From NCBI GenBank assembly GCA_963921275.4, contig OZ001293.3, positions 5,600,001 to 5,664,000 of the forward strand: 64,000 bases of DNA. The letters run 5' to 3'. The DNA is from an uncultured Hormoscilla sp. (GTDB lineage Bacteria; Cyanobacteriota; Cyanobacteriia; Cyanobacteriales; Desertifilaceae). The position numbers and the translations under genes were made by a program. Positions 32,352-42,448 of the stretch are shown in pieces (position 1 is the stretch's first letter; each line of letters starts with the position of its first letter). A model generated the notes under the pieces. The model saw only the letters and a list, made by a program, of their open reading frames with translations. It was not told where the DNA came from and ran no database searches.

Positions 32352-35300
32352 ATGCATCGAATTTCGGCAACCCCTGGAGGGTGGAATTTTCAAGACATAG
32401 GCACGATCTTTATTCAGCAGACCTCCGCACCGATCGTCTGCTTGAGTGCGGCTGATACGGACATTCAAACCCTGGCAGCGGCTGTAAAGCAGTTACCAGT
32501 TGAGTTTCCATCTGTGCGAGTGGTTAATCTCTTGCAATTGCAGCAACAATTGAGTATTGATATTTATGCAGAAGAAGTGCTGGGGTCTGCCCAGGTGATT
32601 ATTTTGCGGCTGCTGGGAGGGCGGGCCTACTGGTCCTATGGGTTAGAAGTATTAAAAGAAACGGTAGAAAACACGGGTGCTGCTTTGATTGTGCTACCAG
32701 GAGACGATCGCCCGGATCCAGATTTAATCGGTCACTCGACTATTTCCCTGGCAGTTGCGAACCAGTTGTGGCGCTACTTCACTGAAGGTGGGATTGTCAA
32801 TTTTACCAATGCGCTCAAATTCGTTGCTGACGCCTGTTTGGGATCTAGCTATAACCCACCACCTCCCCAAGCAGTACCCCTGGTGGGACTTATCCGGTGG
32901 AATAATAACAGTCAGCAAGCAGTTAAGAAAGTAGGTATTTTATTTTATCGCGCTCATTATCTGGCTGGCAATATTGCACCGATCGATGCTCTATCTGCGG
33001 CTTTGGCAGAACGGCAATTAGAACCACTGCCCCTGTTTGTCTCTTCTCTGCGCGATCGCGAGGTCCAAGCTGAAGTGAATTCCTTTTTCCAGTCACGGGA
33101 AATTGACTTGTTGCTGAATACGACGAGTTTTTCTATTGCTCGATTAGATTTAGAATTGCCTTCGATGTCTCTCGGTGCTGCGTCTCCTGGGAGCTTGATG
33201 TCTCCCGGACGCACTTCGATGCCTACCGTTCCGGAAAAATCGGGATGCTACGCTGCGCGAAAAATCGCACAAACCTACGATGCCTTCCGGACGCACGGCG
33301 AAAACCCGGAAGGCATCACTCAGGCATCGTCGAAACCCGGGGGACATCATAGTCGCACTACCCAGGAGACGCAGCGCGCTACTCGCACTACCCGAGAGAC
33401 ATCGGAGTTAGATTTGTGGAAAAGTCTAGATGTGCCAGTTTTGCAGGTAATTTTCAGCGGCGGTACGGTGGCACAGTGGCAGTCGGGAACTGGGGGGTTG
33501 ACGCCACGGGATGTGGCGATGAATGTGGCCCTACCAGAGGTGGATGGGCGAATTATTAGCCGTGCGGTTTCTTTTAAGGCGGTGCAAAACCACGATCAGG
33601 ATTTGGAAACAGATGTTGTAATTTATCAACCAGAGCGATCGCGGATTAATTTCGTTGCCGATCTAGCAGCTAATTGGGTGCGACTGGGGCAAACACCAGC
33701 AGGGTCAAGGAAAATTGCTCTGATTTTAGCGAATTATCCCACTCGTGACGGACGTTTGGCTAATGGCGTTGGCTTAGATACCCCCGCTAGTTGTGTCGAA
33801 ATTCTCAAAGCTTTGTCAGCAGCGGGATATCTTGTGGAGAATATTCCGGCTAAGGGGGACGAACTGATTCAACGTCTGACTGCTGGGGCGACCAATGACC
33901 CGGAAGAAAAAGAGTTACGATCGATCGAACATTGCTTGCCCCTAGAGGAATATCGGGAATATTTTGCCAACTTGCCCCCCAAAGTGCAGCAGGAAATCGG
34001 CGATCGCTGGAGAGATTGTACTGAGAAAAATATTCCTATTCCTGGTATCAGGTTGGGGAATATCTTTGTCGGCATTCAACCAGCGCGAGGCTACGACATC
34101 GACCCAGCTTTGAATTATCATGCCCCAGATTTAGAACCGACTCATGCTTATTTAGCTTTCTACTATTGGTTGCGGCAAGGGTTTGGGGCTCATGCGATCG
34201 TGCATCTGGGCAAACACGGAAATTTAGAATGGTTGCCCGGTAAAAGTGTTGCCCTGTCCGATACTTGTTATCCCGAGATCGCCTTGGGTGCCATGCCCCA
34301 TTTTTATCCTTTTATTGTCAATGACCCCGGGGAAGGTTCTCAAGCTAAGCGGCGATCGCAGGCAGTAATTATCGACCACCTGACGCCCCCCATGACTCGG
34401 GCGGAACTTTACGGTCCTTTGCAGCAGTTGGAAAGTTTGATTGATGAGTATTACGAGGCCCAAATGCTAGACCCTTCCCGCTTGCCCCCCATTCGCGATC
34501 GCATCACTTCTCTCTTCCAGGAAGAAAACTTACACCAAGATTTAGCACTTGTCAAGTCAGTAGAATTTACCGAATTGCTGAAGAGTGCGGATGGTTATTT
34601 ATGCGAATTAAAAGAGGCTCAAATTCGGGATGGTTTGCATATCTTTGGGCAATGTCCTCAAGGGCGTCAGTTGCGGGATTTGATGGTGGCGATTTCCCGT
34701 GGCCGCACCACCGGCATTACCCGCAGTTTAGCAGTTGATTGGGGTCTGGACTTCGACCCCCTGACCGCAGACCTAGCTCAAACTTTCCTAAACCAAAGGG
34801 CGAATGCGCTGCGCGCACGCTACGCGGACGGGCATTTATCCAAACCCTGTTTCACCGTCGGGGATGTCATTGCGGAATTAGAAGAAAAAGCCGCTGAATT
34901 AGTCCAACAGCTAATTGAAAGTCATCAATGTACAATTAATAATGTACAATTCATAAAAACCCAGGAAGAATTAAATTGGATCGGCAAGAAACTTCTCCCG
35001 GCATTGCAAGAAACTAAAGAGGAAATTACCCAACTGTTGCGGGGACTAGACGGGCTGTATGTACCCAGCGGTCCGGCGGGGGCACCGACAAGGGGGCGTC
35101 CGGAAGTTTTACCCACGGGTCGTAATTTCTATTCTGTAGATATCCGGGCAATTCCGACAGAAACAGCTTGGGATATTGGACGCAAGGCCGCTGAGGCATT
35201 GATTGAAAGTTACACTCAGGAAAATGGGGAATATCCTCAAACTTTGGGACTGTCTGTCTGGGGAACTTCTACCATGCGATCGGGTGGGGACGATATCGCA

Positions 35301-36341
35301 GAAGCGTTAGCATTGCTAGGGGTGCAACCAGTGTGGGATGGTCCCGGACGGCGGGTGGTGGATTTTGAAATTCTGCCCATCTCCTTTTTAGGACGCCCCC
35401 GGGTAGATGTGACTTTGAGGATTTCGGGATTTTTCCGGGATGCTTTTGCTAATTTAATCGATTTATTTGACCGCGCAGTGGCAGCAGTTGCCGCTTTGGA
35501 CGAACCCCCAGAAGACAATCCTTTGGCATCCCAAGTGCAGCAAGAAACTCAGTTTTGGTTGGCAGAAGGGTTGACTCAGTCCCAGGCAGAGGCCCGATCG
35601 CGCTATCGGGTGTTTGGTTCTAAACCCGGTGCCTACGGTGCTGGTTTACAAGGTTTAATTGCAGCCCAAAACTGGACGGACGATCGGGATTTAGCGCGGG
35701 CTTACATTAACTGGAGTAGCTACGCTTATACTAAGAATAACATGGGTCATGCTGCGCCGGAAGCCTTTGAGCAGCGCCTGCAACAGATGCAGATCGTCCT
35801 GCACAATCAGGACAACCGCGAACATGACTTGCTGGACTCTGATGATTATTACCAATTCCAGGGGGGGTTAACGGCGGCAGTGCGATCGCTTACTGGAAAG
35901 AATCCCCAAACCTATTTTGGGGATAATTCCGTGCCCCAAAATCCCCGAGTGCGGCAGTTGCGGTCGGAAATCGCCCGAGTCTATCGTTCGCGGGTGGTAA
36001 ATCCCAAATGGATTGCGGGGGTGATGCGTCACGGTTATAAAGGTGCCTTTGAAATTGCCGCAACGGTGGATTATTTGTTCGCCTACGATGCGACAGCTAA
36101 CTGCGTAGAAGATTACATGTATCAGGGAGTAGCTGATGCCTATTTGCTGGACCCAGCAGTACAAGAATTTATCCACGAAAAGAATCCTTGGGCCTTGCGG
36201 GATATGGCAGAACGGTTGTTAGAAGCTCATCAGCGGGGTTTCTGGCAAAATGTAGATGGAAAGATGGTAGATCAATTGCGCGCGATCGCCCATCTTGCGG
36301 AAGGGGCGATCGAAGATACTCTCCCGATCAGGAAATCCTAG
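32352..36341 (+). CDS. cobN: Cobaltochelatase subunit CobN, with in-frame repeat insertions
   Basis: MHRISATPGGW, LSAADTD, HLGKHGNLEWLPGK, PTGRNFYS, HNQDNREHD. Confidence 0.96.
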   Translation: MHRISATPGGWNFQDIGTIFIQQTSAPIVCLSAADTDIQTLAAAVKQLPVEFPSVRVVNLLQLQQQLSIDIYAEEVLGSAQVIILRLLGGRAYWSYGLEVLKETVENTGAALIVLPGDDRPDPDLIGHSTISLAVANQLWRYFTEGGIVNFTNALKFVADACLGSSYNPPPPQAVPLVGLIRWNNNSQQAVKKVGILFYRAHYLAGNIAPIDALSAALAERQLEPLPLFVSSLRDREVQAEVNSFFQSREIDLLLNTTSFSIARLDLELPSMSLGAASPGSLMSPGRTSMPTVPEKSGCYAARKIAQTYDAFRTHGENPEGITQASSKPGGHHSRTTQETQRATRTTRETSELDLWKSLDVPVLQVIFSGGTVAQWQSGTGGLTPRDVAMNVALPEVDGRIISRAVSFKAVQNHDQDLETDVVIYQPERSRINFVADLAANWVRLGQTPAGSRKIALILANYPTRDGRLANGVGLDTPASCVEILKALSAAGYLVENIPAKGDELIQRLTAGATNDPEEKELRSIEHCLPLEEYREYFANLPPKVQQEIGDRWRDCTEKNIPIPGIRLGNIFVGIQPARGYDIDPALNYHAPDLEPTHAYLAFYYWLRQGFGAHAIVHLGKHGNLEWLPGKSVALSDTCYPEIALGAMPHFYPFIVNDPGEGSQAKRRSQAVIIDHLTPPMTRAELYGPLQQLESLIDEYYEAQMLDPSRLPPIRDRITSLFQEENLHQDLALVKSVEFTELLKSADGYLCELKEAQIRDGLHIFGQCPQGRQLRDLMVAISRGRTTGITRSLAVDWGLDFDPLTADLAQTFLNQRANALRARYADGHLSKPCFTVGDVIAELEEKAAELVQQLIESHQCTINNVQFIKTQEELNWIGKKLLPALQETKEEITQLLRGLDGLYVPSGPAGAPTRGRPEVLPTGRNFYSVDIRAIPTETAWDIGRKAAEALIESYTQENGEYPQTLGLSVWGTSTMRSGGDDIAEALALLGVQPVWDGPGRRVVDFEILPISFLGRPRVDVTLRISGFFRDAFANLIDLFDRAVAAVAALDEPPEDNPLASQVQQETQFWLAEGLTQSQAEARSRYRVFGSKPGAYGAGLQGLIAAQNWTDDRDLARAYINWSSYAYTKNNMGHAAPEAFEQRLQQMQIVLHNQDNREHDLLDSDDYYQFQGGLTAAVRSLTGKNPQTYFGDNSVPQNPRVRQLRSEIARVYRSRVVNPKWIAGVMRHGYKGAFEIAATVDYLFAYDATANCVEDYMYQGVADAYLLDPAVQEFIHEKNPWALRDMAERLLEAHQRGFWQNVDGKMVDQLRAIAHLAEGAIEDTLPIRKS
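33163..33404. repeat. Multiply nested palindromic insertion, in-frame within cobN (about 80 codons)
   Basis: Concentric inverted repeats CGATGTCTCTCGG/CCGAGAGACATCG, TGCGTCTCCTGGG/CCCAGGAGACGCA, TGATGTC..CCGG/CCGG..GACATCA, CGATGCC/GGCATCG, GATGCCTTCCGG/CCGGAAGGCATC. Confidence 0.9.
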
Positions 36342-36348
36342 CAACAAT

Positions 36349-36517
36349 TAAGAAACCAGGTTCGTAGTAAGCACTAAAGTGCTTCCCAGGCCAGGTTCGT
36401 AGTAAGCACTTTAGCGCGAAAGCGCCTAGCAGTTTAATTAAGAAACCCGGTTTCTCCGAGAAACCGGGTTTCTGGGTTATTGATGAATAGAGTTCGCGGC
36501 CAAATTGAGATGCACCA
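36349..36517. repeat. AAGAAACC(C/A)GGTTTCT palindromic REP-like cluster ending in AAATTGAGATGCAC
   Basis: Related copies at about 25114-25148, 27688-27748, 39950-40060 and 44514-44550. Confidence 0.75.
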
Positions 36518-36581
36518 GAAAAAATTTGCAAAAGGGTGAGAATAATGTATAATATATAGTTAGAACGAAGATAAGAGATAA

Positions 36582-37571
36582 ATGTCAGATCGGAATGAAA
36601 TAACAGCAGAATATGATAGTCCTTGGAAGGATATCATAGGAAACTATTTCCCCGAATTTATGGAATTCTTTTTCCCCTCGGCCTATGGGGAAATAGACTG
36701 GTCGAGAAAATACGAATTTCAGGAGACCGAACTCCAGCAGGTGCGACCGAAAGCGGAGATAGGAAAGCGCGTCGCCGACAAACTAGCCAAGGTTTGGCTA
36801 AAAAATGGCGACGAACTGTGGGGGATGGTGCATATAGAAGTCCAGAATCAGCGCAAAACAGCCTTTGCTAAACGGATGTACACCTACAACCATCGCATCG
36901 GAGATCTTTACAACTGCCAAGTAGCCAGTTTTGCTGTCCTCACTGACGCAGATGCTGGATGGAGACCAACTCAATTTAGCCAACAACTGCTAGGATGTGA
37001 GATAACCTTTAACTTCCCGATCGCGAAGTTGCTAGACTATAAGCAGAGGTGGCAAGAGTTAGAAGAAAGCCGGAACCCCTTTGCGATCGTCGTGATGGCC
37101 CATCTGAAAGCTCAAGAAACACAGGGACAACAACAGGAACGCAAACGCTGGAAGTTGTCTTTAATCAGGCGGTTGTATCAGGGAGGATATGAACGAGAAG
37201 AAATTATCAACCTGTTTAAGTTCATTGACTGGGTAATACAACTGCCCAAAGAACTGGAAACAGAGTTTTGGCAAGAAGTAAATCAATTCCAGGAGGAAAA
37301 ACAGATGCAATACATCACCAGTGTGGAAAGAATTGGCATCGAGAAAGGCGTTCAGCAAGGTCTTGAGCAGGGCCTTCATCAAGGTGCCCTGCGGCATTTG
37401 TTGCGAGCGCTGCAACTAAGGTTTAACTCGGTGCCAGAGTCGCTACAGAGTCGCCTCACCTCTTGTACTGTGGAGCAACTAGATGAGCTTTTCGATATGG
37501 CGCTGACAGTGGAGCAGTTAGATCAGTTCATCGGAAGTATCCCGGTTGATGATACATCAGCAGAAGGATAG
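36582..37571 (+). CDS. Rpn/YhgA-like (DUF4351-type) PD-(D/E)XK protein
   Basis: EYDSPWK, ADKLAKVW, HIEVQ, NPFAIVVMAHLK, MQYITSVERIG. Confidence 0.85.
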   Translation: MSDRNEITAEYDSPWKDIIGNYFPEFMEFFFPSAYGEIDWSRKYEFQETELQQVRPKAEIGKRVADKLAKVWLKNGDELWGMVHIEVQNQRKTAFAKRMYTYNHRIGDLYNCQVASFAVLTDADAGWRPTQFSQQLLGCEITFNFPIAKLLDYKQRWQELEESRNPFAIVVMAHLKAQETQGQQQERKRWKLSLIRRLYQGGYEREEIINLFKFIDWVIQLPKELETEFWQEVNQFQEEKQMQYITSVERIGIEKGVQQGLEQGLHQGALRHLLRALQLRFNSVPESLQSRLTSCTVEQLDELFDMALTVEQLDQFIGSIPVDDTSAEG

Positions 37572-37656
37572 GTCTTTAGGAAACCCAACCAGATCAACGC
37601 CAACAACATCTTTGGGTTGGGTTTCGTGCTACAACATTACTATAATAGGAGAACAA

Positions 37657-37905
37657 ATGAACGTCCGCGAAGAAACAATTGCTAAGATTAATCAACTGCC
37701 TGAAGAGCTTGTTCGGGAAGTTAATGATTTTGTCAGCTTCTTGTTGACGAAACGCGAATGCGCTGCGCGCACGCTACGCGATCGCAGGCAGTTGTGGGTG
37801 CAATTTGCCGAGAGAATAGAATTGGCAGAATCTGATTTTGCAGATTATTTATCTAACTTGCAAGACTATGAGGAACGTTTAGCTCGTGGAGAAATTCAAT
37901 GGTAA
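37657..37905 (+). CDS. Putative antitoxin (DUF2281-like)
   Basis: INQLPEELVREVNDFVSFL; overlaps the toxin start; GGAG RBS; contains a 24-bp insertion at 37757-37780. Confidence 0.7.
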   Translation: MNVREETIAKINQLPEELVREVNDFVSFLLTKRECAARTLRDRRQLWVQFAERIELAESDFADYLSNLQDYEERLARGEIQW

Positions 37906-38249
37906 ACGTTATCCGAGGCGATGTGGTATTATGCGATCTTAATCCGGTAATTGGTACGGAACAAGCAGGGATACGACCGGCGGTAATCGTACAAATAGAT
38001 CGGGCTAATGCGGTTAGCCCTCACACAATTATTGCACCATTTACGAGTAAGATTAGGCAGGTGCTTTTGCCTTCCCATGTATTCGTGCCTGCTGGTGTGG
38101 GTGGCTTGACTCTAGACTCTGTGATTCTGTGCGAACAGGTTAGAGTAATTGACAAGTCTCGAATTGTTAAGGCGATCGGTCATTTGGATGATGCCTATAT
38201 AAAAGAACTAGCAATAGCTTTGGGTACAATATTGGGGTTGTCGCTATAG
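37899..38249 (+). CDS. PemK/MazF family toxin
   Basis: RGDVVLCDLNPVIGTEQAGIRPAVIVQ, DSVILCEQVRVIDKSR. Confidence 0.92.
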   Translation: MVNVIRGDVVLCDLNPVIGTEQAGIRPAVIVQIDRANAVSPHTIIAPFTSKIRQVLLPSHVFVPAGVGGLTLDSVILCEQVRVIDKSRIVKAIGHLDDAYIKELAIALGTILGLSL

Positions 38250-38322
38250 GAAAAAGCGATCGCCCGTGTTCTGTGGCTGCGATCGCTCTTTTCTGTAGTC
38301 AAGGATATGCGGCACTCGCTAT

Positions 38323-38414
38323 AACATCTTTGGGTTGGGTTTCGTGCTACAACATTACTAAAATAGGAGAACAAATGAACGTCCGCGAAGAAACTATTGC
38401 TAAGATTAATCAAC
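38323..38414 (+). repeat. Duplicate of antitoxin upstream region and first codons (37605-37696)
   Basis: About 92 bp near-identical: AACATCTTTGGGTTGGG...GCTAAGATTAATCAAC. Confidence 0.9.
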
Positions 38415-38510
38415 GCTCGTCGTATCCTTTGCGGGAGCGCAGCGCAATCCCTTTCAAGGTATATACAGGTGAGCGTCGAGTCTGACAGTGGGCACGGCCC
38501 ACCCTACTGG

Positions 38511-39093
38511 CTATAGATTAAAACTGCCGAAGCCTTTGTTCTTCTTGCTCTTTTTATTTTTCTTCAAAAACATCAGATAGTTCTGCTGAACAGTCTGAGT
38601 ATGAGAATGATCTTGTCCTAGTTGTGAAATCAGAATAGTTACAGCTTCGGTAAACAGGGGTTCGGCTTCGGCGTATCGCCCTTGGGAGGAGTAGAGATAT
38701 GCCAGGTTTTGGAGACTGGTGGCCACAGATGGATGTGCGGACCCCAGCAGTTGCTTTCTCATCTCCAAGGCTTCCTTATACAGGGGTTCGGCTTCGGCGT
38801 ATCGCCCTTGGGAGGAGTAGAGTTCTGCCAGGTTGTTGAGACTGGATGCCACATGGGGATGTGCGGACCCCAGCAGTTGCTTTGTCATCTCCAAAGCTTC
38901 GGTAAACAGGGGTTCGGCTTGGTCGTATCGCCCTTGGGACCTGTAGAGTTCTGCCAGGTTGTTGAGACTGGTGGCCACAGATGGATGTGCGGACCCCAGC
39001 AGTTGGCAGTGGCTGCGATCGCCCTTCCTCAAGTCCTAGCATCGGAATCTTGAACCTTTGTCATGGGTTGCCGGAGAGAATGAAACAGACATG
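38511..39093 (-). pseudogene. Tetratricopeptide repeat protein remnant
   Basis: About three 42-aa HPSVATSLNNLAELY.SQGRY.EAEPL repeats; the 5' part is broken and lacks a proper start. Confidence 0.75.
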
Positions 39094-39103
39094 ATGGCCT
39101 CTT

Positions 39104-39265
39104 GAGAGGTTTTCAACCTCAACCGAGAGGTCCAAAACCCCAACCGAGAGGTCCAAAACCCCAACCGAGAGGTCCAAAACCCCAACCGAGAGGTTTTCAA
39201 CCCCAACCGAGAGGTTTTCAACCTCAACCGAGAGGTTTTTAACCCCAACCGAGAGGTCCAAAACC
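39104..39265. repeat. 21-bp tandem array (AACCGAGAGGTCCAAAACCCC / ...TTTTCAACCYC), about 7.7 copies
   Basis: Period 21 with two alternating unit variants. Confidence 0.92.
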
Positions 39266-39330
39266 AGAACAGTGGGGCACTGGTTTGCAGCTAGTAGGTG
39301 CTGGTTGAGGTCAAAGTACCTTCTCCAGAA

Positions 39331-39804
39331 CTAAGACTCAGGCTGTTGTGACGTCTCACCGCTGGACTTGCGGGCGAACCGACGGGCCATATCGTCCACA
39401 GCCGCTTTTAACCCCGCATCTCCCTTAGTGGCATTGGCATAGTTATAAACCGCCAAAGCTGCCATATAAGCCTCGCTTCCTACCACTGCAACCGTATCGT
39501 CCAGAAGTTCCTGAAGTTGACTTACTGCCAAGACAATGGGATAAAGGGCCTCAAACAGTTCCACATCTTTTCGCATCTCCTCGATATCAAAAGATCGGGG
39601 CAAAAAATCCGGGTTTTGGGTCCCCACTTCCAATGCCTTGACCACAAACCCCCGACTTTTATCCCCCAAACGCGGCAAAGATTTGCTTTCCTCGGGACTC
39701 AACCTGAGCAAAAATGGCAATTTTTCCTTGATTGTAGCGATCGCGGCTAGAACTGCCTGTCGATCTTCAGGCGTTAAACTGGCACTAATTCGATTTGCAG
39801 TCAT
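39331..39804 (-). CDS. Conserved hypothetical all-helical protein
   Basis: MTANRISASL...KLPFL...LGDKSRGFV.KALE...NPDFLP...DDT...GSEAY.AAL.VY; intact 157-aa ORF. Confidence 0.75.
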   Translation of the reverse strand: MTANRISASLTPEDRQAVLAAIATIKEKLPFLLRLSPEESKSLPRLGDKSRGFVVKALEVGTQNPDFLPRSFDIEEMRKDVELFEALYPIVLAVSQLQELLDDTVAVVGSEAYMAALAVYNYANATKGDAGLKAAVDDMARRFARKSSGETSQQPES

Positions 39805-40107
39805 CTTGTCCAACTCCGATCGCGCAGCGTGGCGCAGCCATGGAATGACATCAACTTCTCCATTTTAACCAAGTATATCCTTGGAAAAGGATATCAACTA
39901 CTTTTGACCACACTTTCTGTTCGACCTTGGCTAAAGACTCTGAGATATCGCACAAACCCGGTTTCTTGCCACAACTCACGGGACCAGAAACCGGGTTTCT
40001 GATTTCCACCTTGGATAAAGACTCTGAGATATCGCAGAAACCCGGTGTATCTCATATTTGCAAAAATATTAATGTCGTAGGTTGGGTTGAGGCATGAAAC
40101 CCTACAT

Positions 40108-40734
40108 CTATTGACTAACCAATTGACCGAGGCACTTTAGCACAGTCAGGACAATGTACAGATCGTTCTCGCGCCGCAACGCAAACTGATCCGACTCAGC
40201 ATATTTCGGTGTATCTTGTTTAGTCAGCTTGAGAAAGATAAAATCTAGACCGTTAGTAACAAATCCAAATGCAGGTTTTTCAGAATCAGGTTTCCCCAGC
40301 ATATAGGCCAGTGCTTGCGGTATTCCCGCCTCCAGGGAGTATTGTGCCTTTTTCGCCTCAATTGCCATTATCCAAAATTCTGGGGTAAACACCAGCAGGT
40401 CGAGACGCCCTTTGACAACAGTTTCCTCATCCACCGAGATAATTTTTACCTCTTTCTCCCCAGCAAAGTAAAAAGGCGGGCGATAAAACCCTGCTAGTTT
40501 CAATAAGGGAGAAAGCACCACCAACTTGACGATCGCTTCGAGAATAGGGTACTTGGACAAGTGACGATAGTCGGCTTTCACCTCATCTAGAACCTGTTTT
40601 TCTGCTTTGGTGAGTTCTGGCAAATTATCTTGCCATTCTGGGAAGAATTGTTTGTCGTCCTCAGTGCGTTCTAGACCAAACTTTTCACTTAAGTCCATCA
40701 GGGTGATATTTTGGGCTTGAATGGTTTCAACCAT
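40108..40734 (-). CDS. Type I restriction enzyme R N-terminal-domain-like protein
   Basis: KGRLDLLV, AIEAKK, PQALAYM, GFVTNG. Confidence 0.8.
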   Translation of the reverse strand: MVETIQAQNITLMDLSEKFGLERTEDDKQFFPEWQDNLPELTKAEKQVLDEVKADYRHLSKYPILEAIVKLVVLSPLLKLAGFYRPPFYFAGEKEVKIISVDEETVVKGRLDLLVFTPEFWIMAIEAKKAQYSLEAGIPQALAYMLGKPDSEKPAFGFVTNGLDFIFLKLTKQDTPKYAESDQFALRRENDLYIVLTVLKCLGQLVSQ

Positions 40735-40878
40735 GACTTTCTCTCCAATTTATTTAATTATTATAGCAATAATAAACTATCGCGCAATGATAAAAATTAA
40801 AATTAGGCGATCCTCTTTTTACCTTATCAAAATTTTTCGTGCGATCGCGCTTCTTTAATCTTTAACAACTGACGACAA

Positions 40879-41830
40879 TTATGCCTGATGCCGCACGGGA
40901 ATTTCAATAAAAAACACTGTCCCCTGACCGAGTGTTGACTCGCATTTAAGGACTCCTTGATGCTTTTCCACCACAATTTTATAGCTAATTGATAGACCCA
41001 AACCAGTACCTTTACCTACAGGCTTAGTAGTAAAAAACTCCTCAAACAGCTTCGTTTTGACAACTTCCGTCATTCCCGGTCCATTATCAGAATTTGAATC
41101 ACTACAGAGCGATCGTTAACCAGTTGCGTGCGAATCCAAATAGTAGGGGTTTCCAAATGGCGATCGCCATTTTCGTGCTTTGTGCTATTTTTCATTTTCC
41201 ATTTGCCATGACTTTCTGACAAAGCATCAATAGCATTGCTTATTCATAAATACCTGATTCAAGGGCCCGGGATAGCAGTCCAGGGAGATGGCCGTATTCT
41301 TTGAGCACTTGAATTTCCGGGCGAATGCGCTGCGCGCACGCTGCGCGGACGGCAGTTCCTTTCAGCTTATTTTTCAATATTACCAGGGTGCCATCTAGCC
41401 CTTTATGAATATTAACAGTTTGAATTTTGGCGTGGTCGCGGCGGGCGAAATTGCGCAGAGACTGGACAATTTCGCGGATGCGGTCAGCACCTATTTGCAT
41501 AGAAGAGAGCATTTTCGGCAAATCTTCCATGAGGAAATCCAACTCGATCGCCTTGGCATATTTCTGGATAGCGAGGACAGGATTAGGGTAATGTTTTTGG
41601 TATAGTTTGAGCATTCCCAACAGGTCTGAGGCATATTCTTTGATAAAAGTAATGTTGCCGTGGATAAAGCTAACAGGATTGTTGATTTCATGAGCAACAC
41701 CCGCTAGTAACTGTCCCAGCACCGACAATTTTCCCGTTTGCGCTAGTTGCTCTTGGGTCTGCTGTAAATTATGCAAAGCCTGTTGGAGTTGTTCCGCCTG
41801 TGTCGTGGCGATCGCTGCCTGAATGCGCTG
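40879..41830 (-). pseudogene. Sensor histidine kinase, frameshifted and truncated
   Basis: [10 protein letters not shown] in 41240-41776; FFTTKPVGKGTGLGL in 40879-41073; frameshifts between them and no sensor domain. Confidence 0.85.
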
Positions 41831-41957
41831 CTGTTAAAATTGACAATTCAAAATTTACAACTGACCACTGACCACTGACCACTGACCGGAATTTAATTAC
41901 CCTATCGCTATCGATAGATTAAATGTTAAAATTTGGCAATGATGGTGTGAGAGTCAG

Positions 41958-42317
41958 ATGAGTATGGAACCAAACCAGCAGATATCCGAAGAAGTCGTGC
42001 AACAAGTGGCCGAGTATTTCAGCGTCTTAGCTGAGCCGATGCGGCTGCGGATTTTGAATTTGCTCCGCAACGGCGAAAAATGCGTGCAAGAATTGGTGGA
42101 GGCTACACAAACCAGTCAGGCTAATGTTTCTAAACACCTGAAGGTGATGTTGCAAGCTGAGATACTACACCGGCGGAGCGAAGGTACATCTGCCTATTAC
42201 AGCGTTAAGGACGAGCTGATATTTCAGCTGTGTAACCTGGTTTGCGATCGCCTAGCGGAACGGATAGAGCAACAAGCCCGTCATTTTCGAGATTTCAGTA
42301 TGACGGGCAAGGGTTGA
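41958..42317 (+). CDS. ArsR/SmtB family transcriptional regulator
   Basis: FSVLAEPMRLRIL...CVQELV...SQANVSKHLK. Confidence 0.92.
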   Translation: MSMEPNQQISEEVVQQVAEYFSVLAEPMRLRILNLLRNGEKCVQELVEATQTSQANVSKHLKVMLQAEILHRRSEGTSAYYSVKDELIFQLCNLVCDRLAERIEQQARHFRDFSMTGKG

Positions 42318-42331
42318 GAGTCGGCCTCTTG

Positions 42332-42448
42332 CGGTGTCTCCTGGTCGCATGCGCTGCGCGCACGCTGCGCGATCGATGCCTTCCGTTTGCTTTCCTATGC
42401 GCTGCGCGCACGCTGCGCGGACGGGGTCGCACAAAAGAGGAGACACCG
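42332..42448. repeat. Composite palindromic insertion element
   Basis: Inverted repeat CGGTGTCTCCT...AGGAGACACCG with two GCGCTGCGCGCACGCTGCGCG units inside. Confidence 0.8.

Noticed and set aside
41861..41887. Heptamer tandem tracts (also about 11611, 44335 and 50175)
   Set aside because: Ordinary STRR-type repeats of filamentous cyanobacteria.
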